Below the pieces are notes generated by a model that made no database searches, was not told the DNA's origin, and worked only from the letters and a program-made list of their open reading frames with translations. Shown here in pieces: positions 26,992-27,554 of a DNA stretch of 27,554 nt. The number at the start of each line of letters is the position of its first letter. The first letter of the stretch is position 1. The stretch lies in assembly GCA_029258835.1 (NCBI GenBank), contig JAPDJY010000065.1:1-27554 (forward strand). Reading direction: 5' to 3'. This DNA is from Thermoproteota archaeon. Lineage in GTDB: Archaea; Asgardarchaeota; Jordiarchaeia; Jordiarchaeales; Freyrarchaeaceae. The translations under genes and the position numbers were made by a program.

Positions 26992-27554
26992 TTAGAGGGG
27001 CTCAACGGTTAACGGTCCGGGCTTGGAGAATATGAATCCAGGCTGGAGGCAATTCATCTCCTTCAAGATCTTTGAAAGGCTCGCCGCCGTCTCCTCGTCT
27101 AACGGCACGTCCAGTATCAGGAAGCGCTTCCTCTTGCCGCCGCTCCAAGCTCCTAAGAGGCCTGAGACGAGGGATAGGAGGGTTATGAACTCCCCGTCGC
27201 TCAGGGTGTGAACCTTCTGGGAAACCTTCCTACCTAAGACCAGTCTTTCCAGAACTCCCGTGTCGACTTTGAACCCCTTTATGCCTAAGAGCTCGCCTAC
27301 CCTTGGAAGGTCCTTAGAGATCCTTCTTGAGAACTCCTTCTTAGCCTCCTCCTCAAGGTTCTTCAGGAACTTGGCGGCTAAGCCTGCCAGCTTAACAGTT
27401 TTTTCCAAGGACACCACCCTGCTCTCATGCATAGCATCATTTATAGCTTCAAAAGCCCATTGAGGAGCCAACATTTTTGCTATTGCAGCAGCTTTACTAA
27501 CCTCAAACCTAGTAAATTTTTTTTCTTTTTGCTCCAACCAATACATCCATAAAG
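26992..27554 (-). other. Chimeric ORF: acyl-CoA dehydrogenase-like segment joined to an SMC/Rad50-like ATPase C-terminus; open beyond window edge
   Basis: LWMY..AIAKMLAPQWAFEAINDAM resembles the ACAD C-terminal helices. LSDGE..RFLILDVP resembles the ABC signature and Walker B. Confidence 0.5.

Noticed and set aside
1193-27463. Numerous short antisense and overlapping ORFs in the track (e.g. 1193-1486, 3625-3990, 8330-8833, 20942-21334, 22490-22897)
   Set aside because: Ser/Phe/Leu-rich shadows of purine-rich genes on the opposite strand, with no motifs.

Overview
Archaeal chromosomal window, most likely from a thermophilic Asgard archaeon (two-domain gelsolin gene at 20964-21569; E/K-rich proteins; archaeal TATA and Shine-Dalgarno signals). 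The left end holds the 3' part of an IS200/IS605-family tnpB element with its right end at 1192. The tnpB C-terminus and omegaRNA loop are interrupted by a 515-bp insert flanked by a TGTGA duplication, which encodes a single-motif LAGLIDADG protein. That ORF has no stop inside the insert but gains an in-frame TAA if the insert is circularised, as in I-DmoI-type archaeal introns. The rest is mainly catabolic and metabolic: crotonase, 3-hydroxyacyl-CoA dehydrogenase, form IV RuBisCO-like protein, MBL hydrolase, IlvD-family dehydratase, Fe-S flavoprotein, a LeuB/C/D-like operon, acyl-CoA ligase, alpha/beta hydrolase, sirtuin, GH1 glycosidase and amidohydrolase. There is also a VapBC module, PadR and double-ArsR regulators, decayed loci (D-aminoacylase; corrinoid protein/MtaA-UroD fragment), a candidate pseudoknotted ncRNA, and a chimeric ORF at the right edge. 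All calls come from reading motifs by eye; no database search was run.
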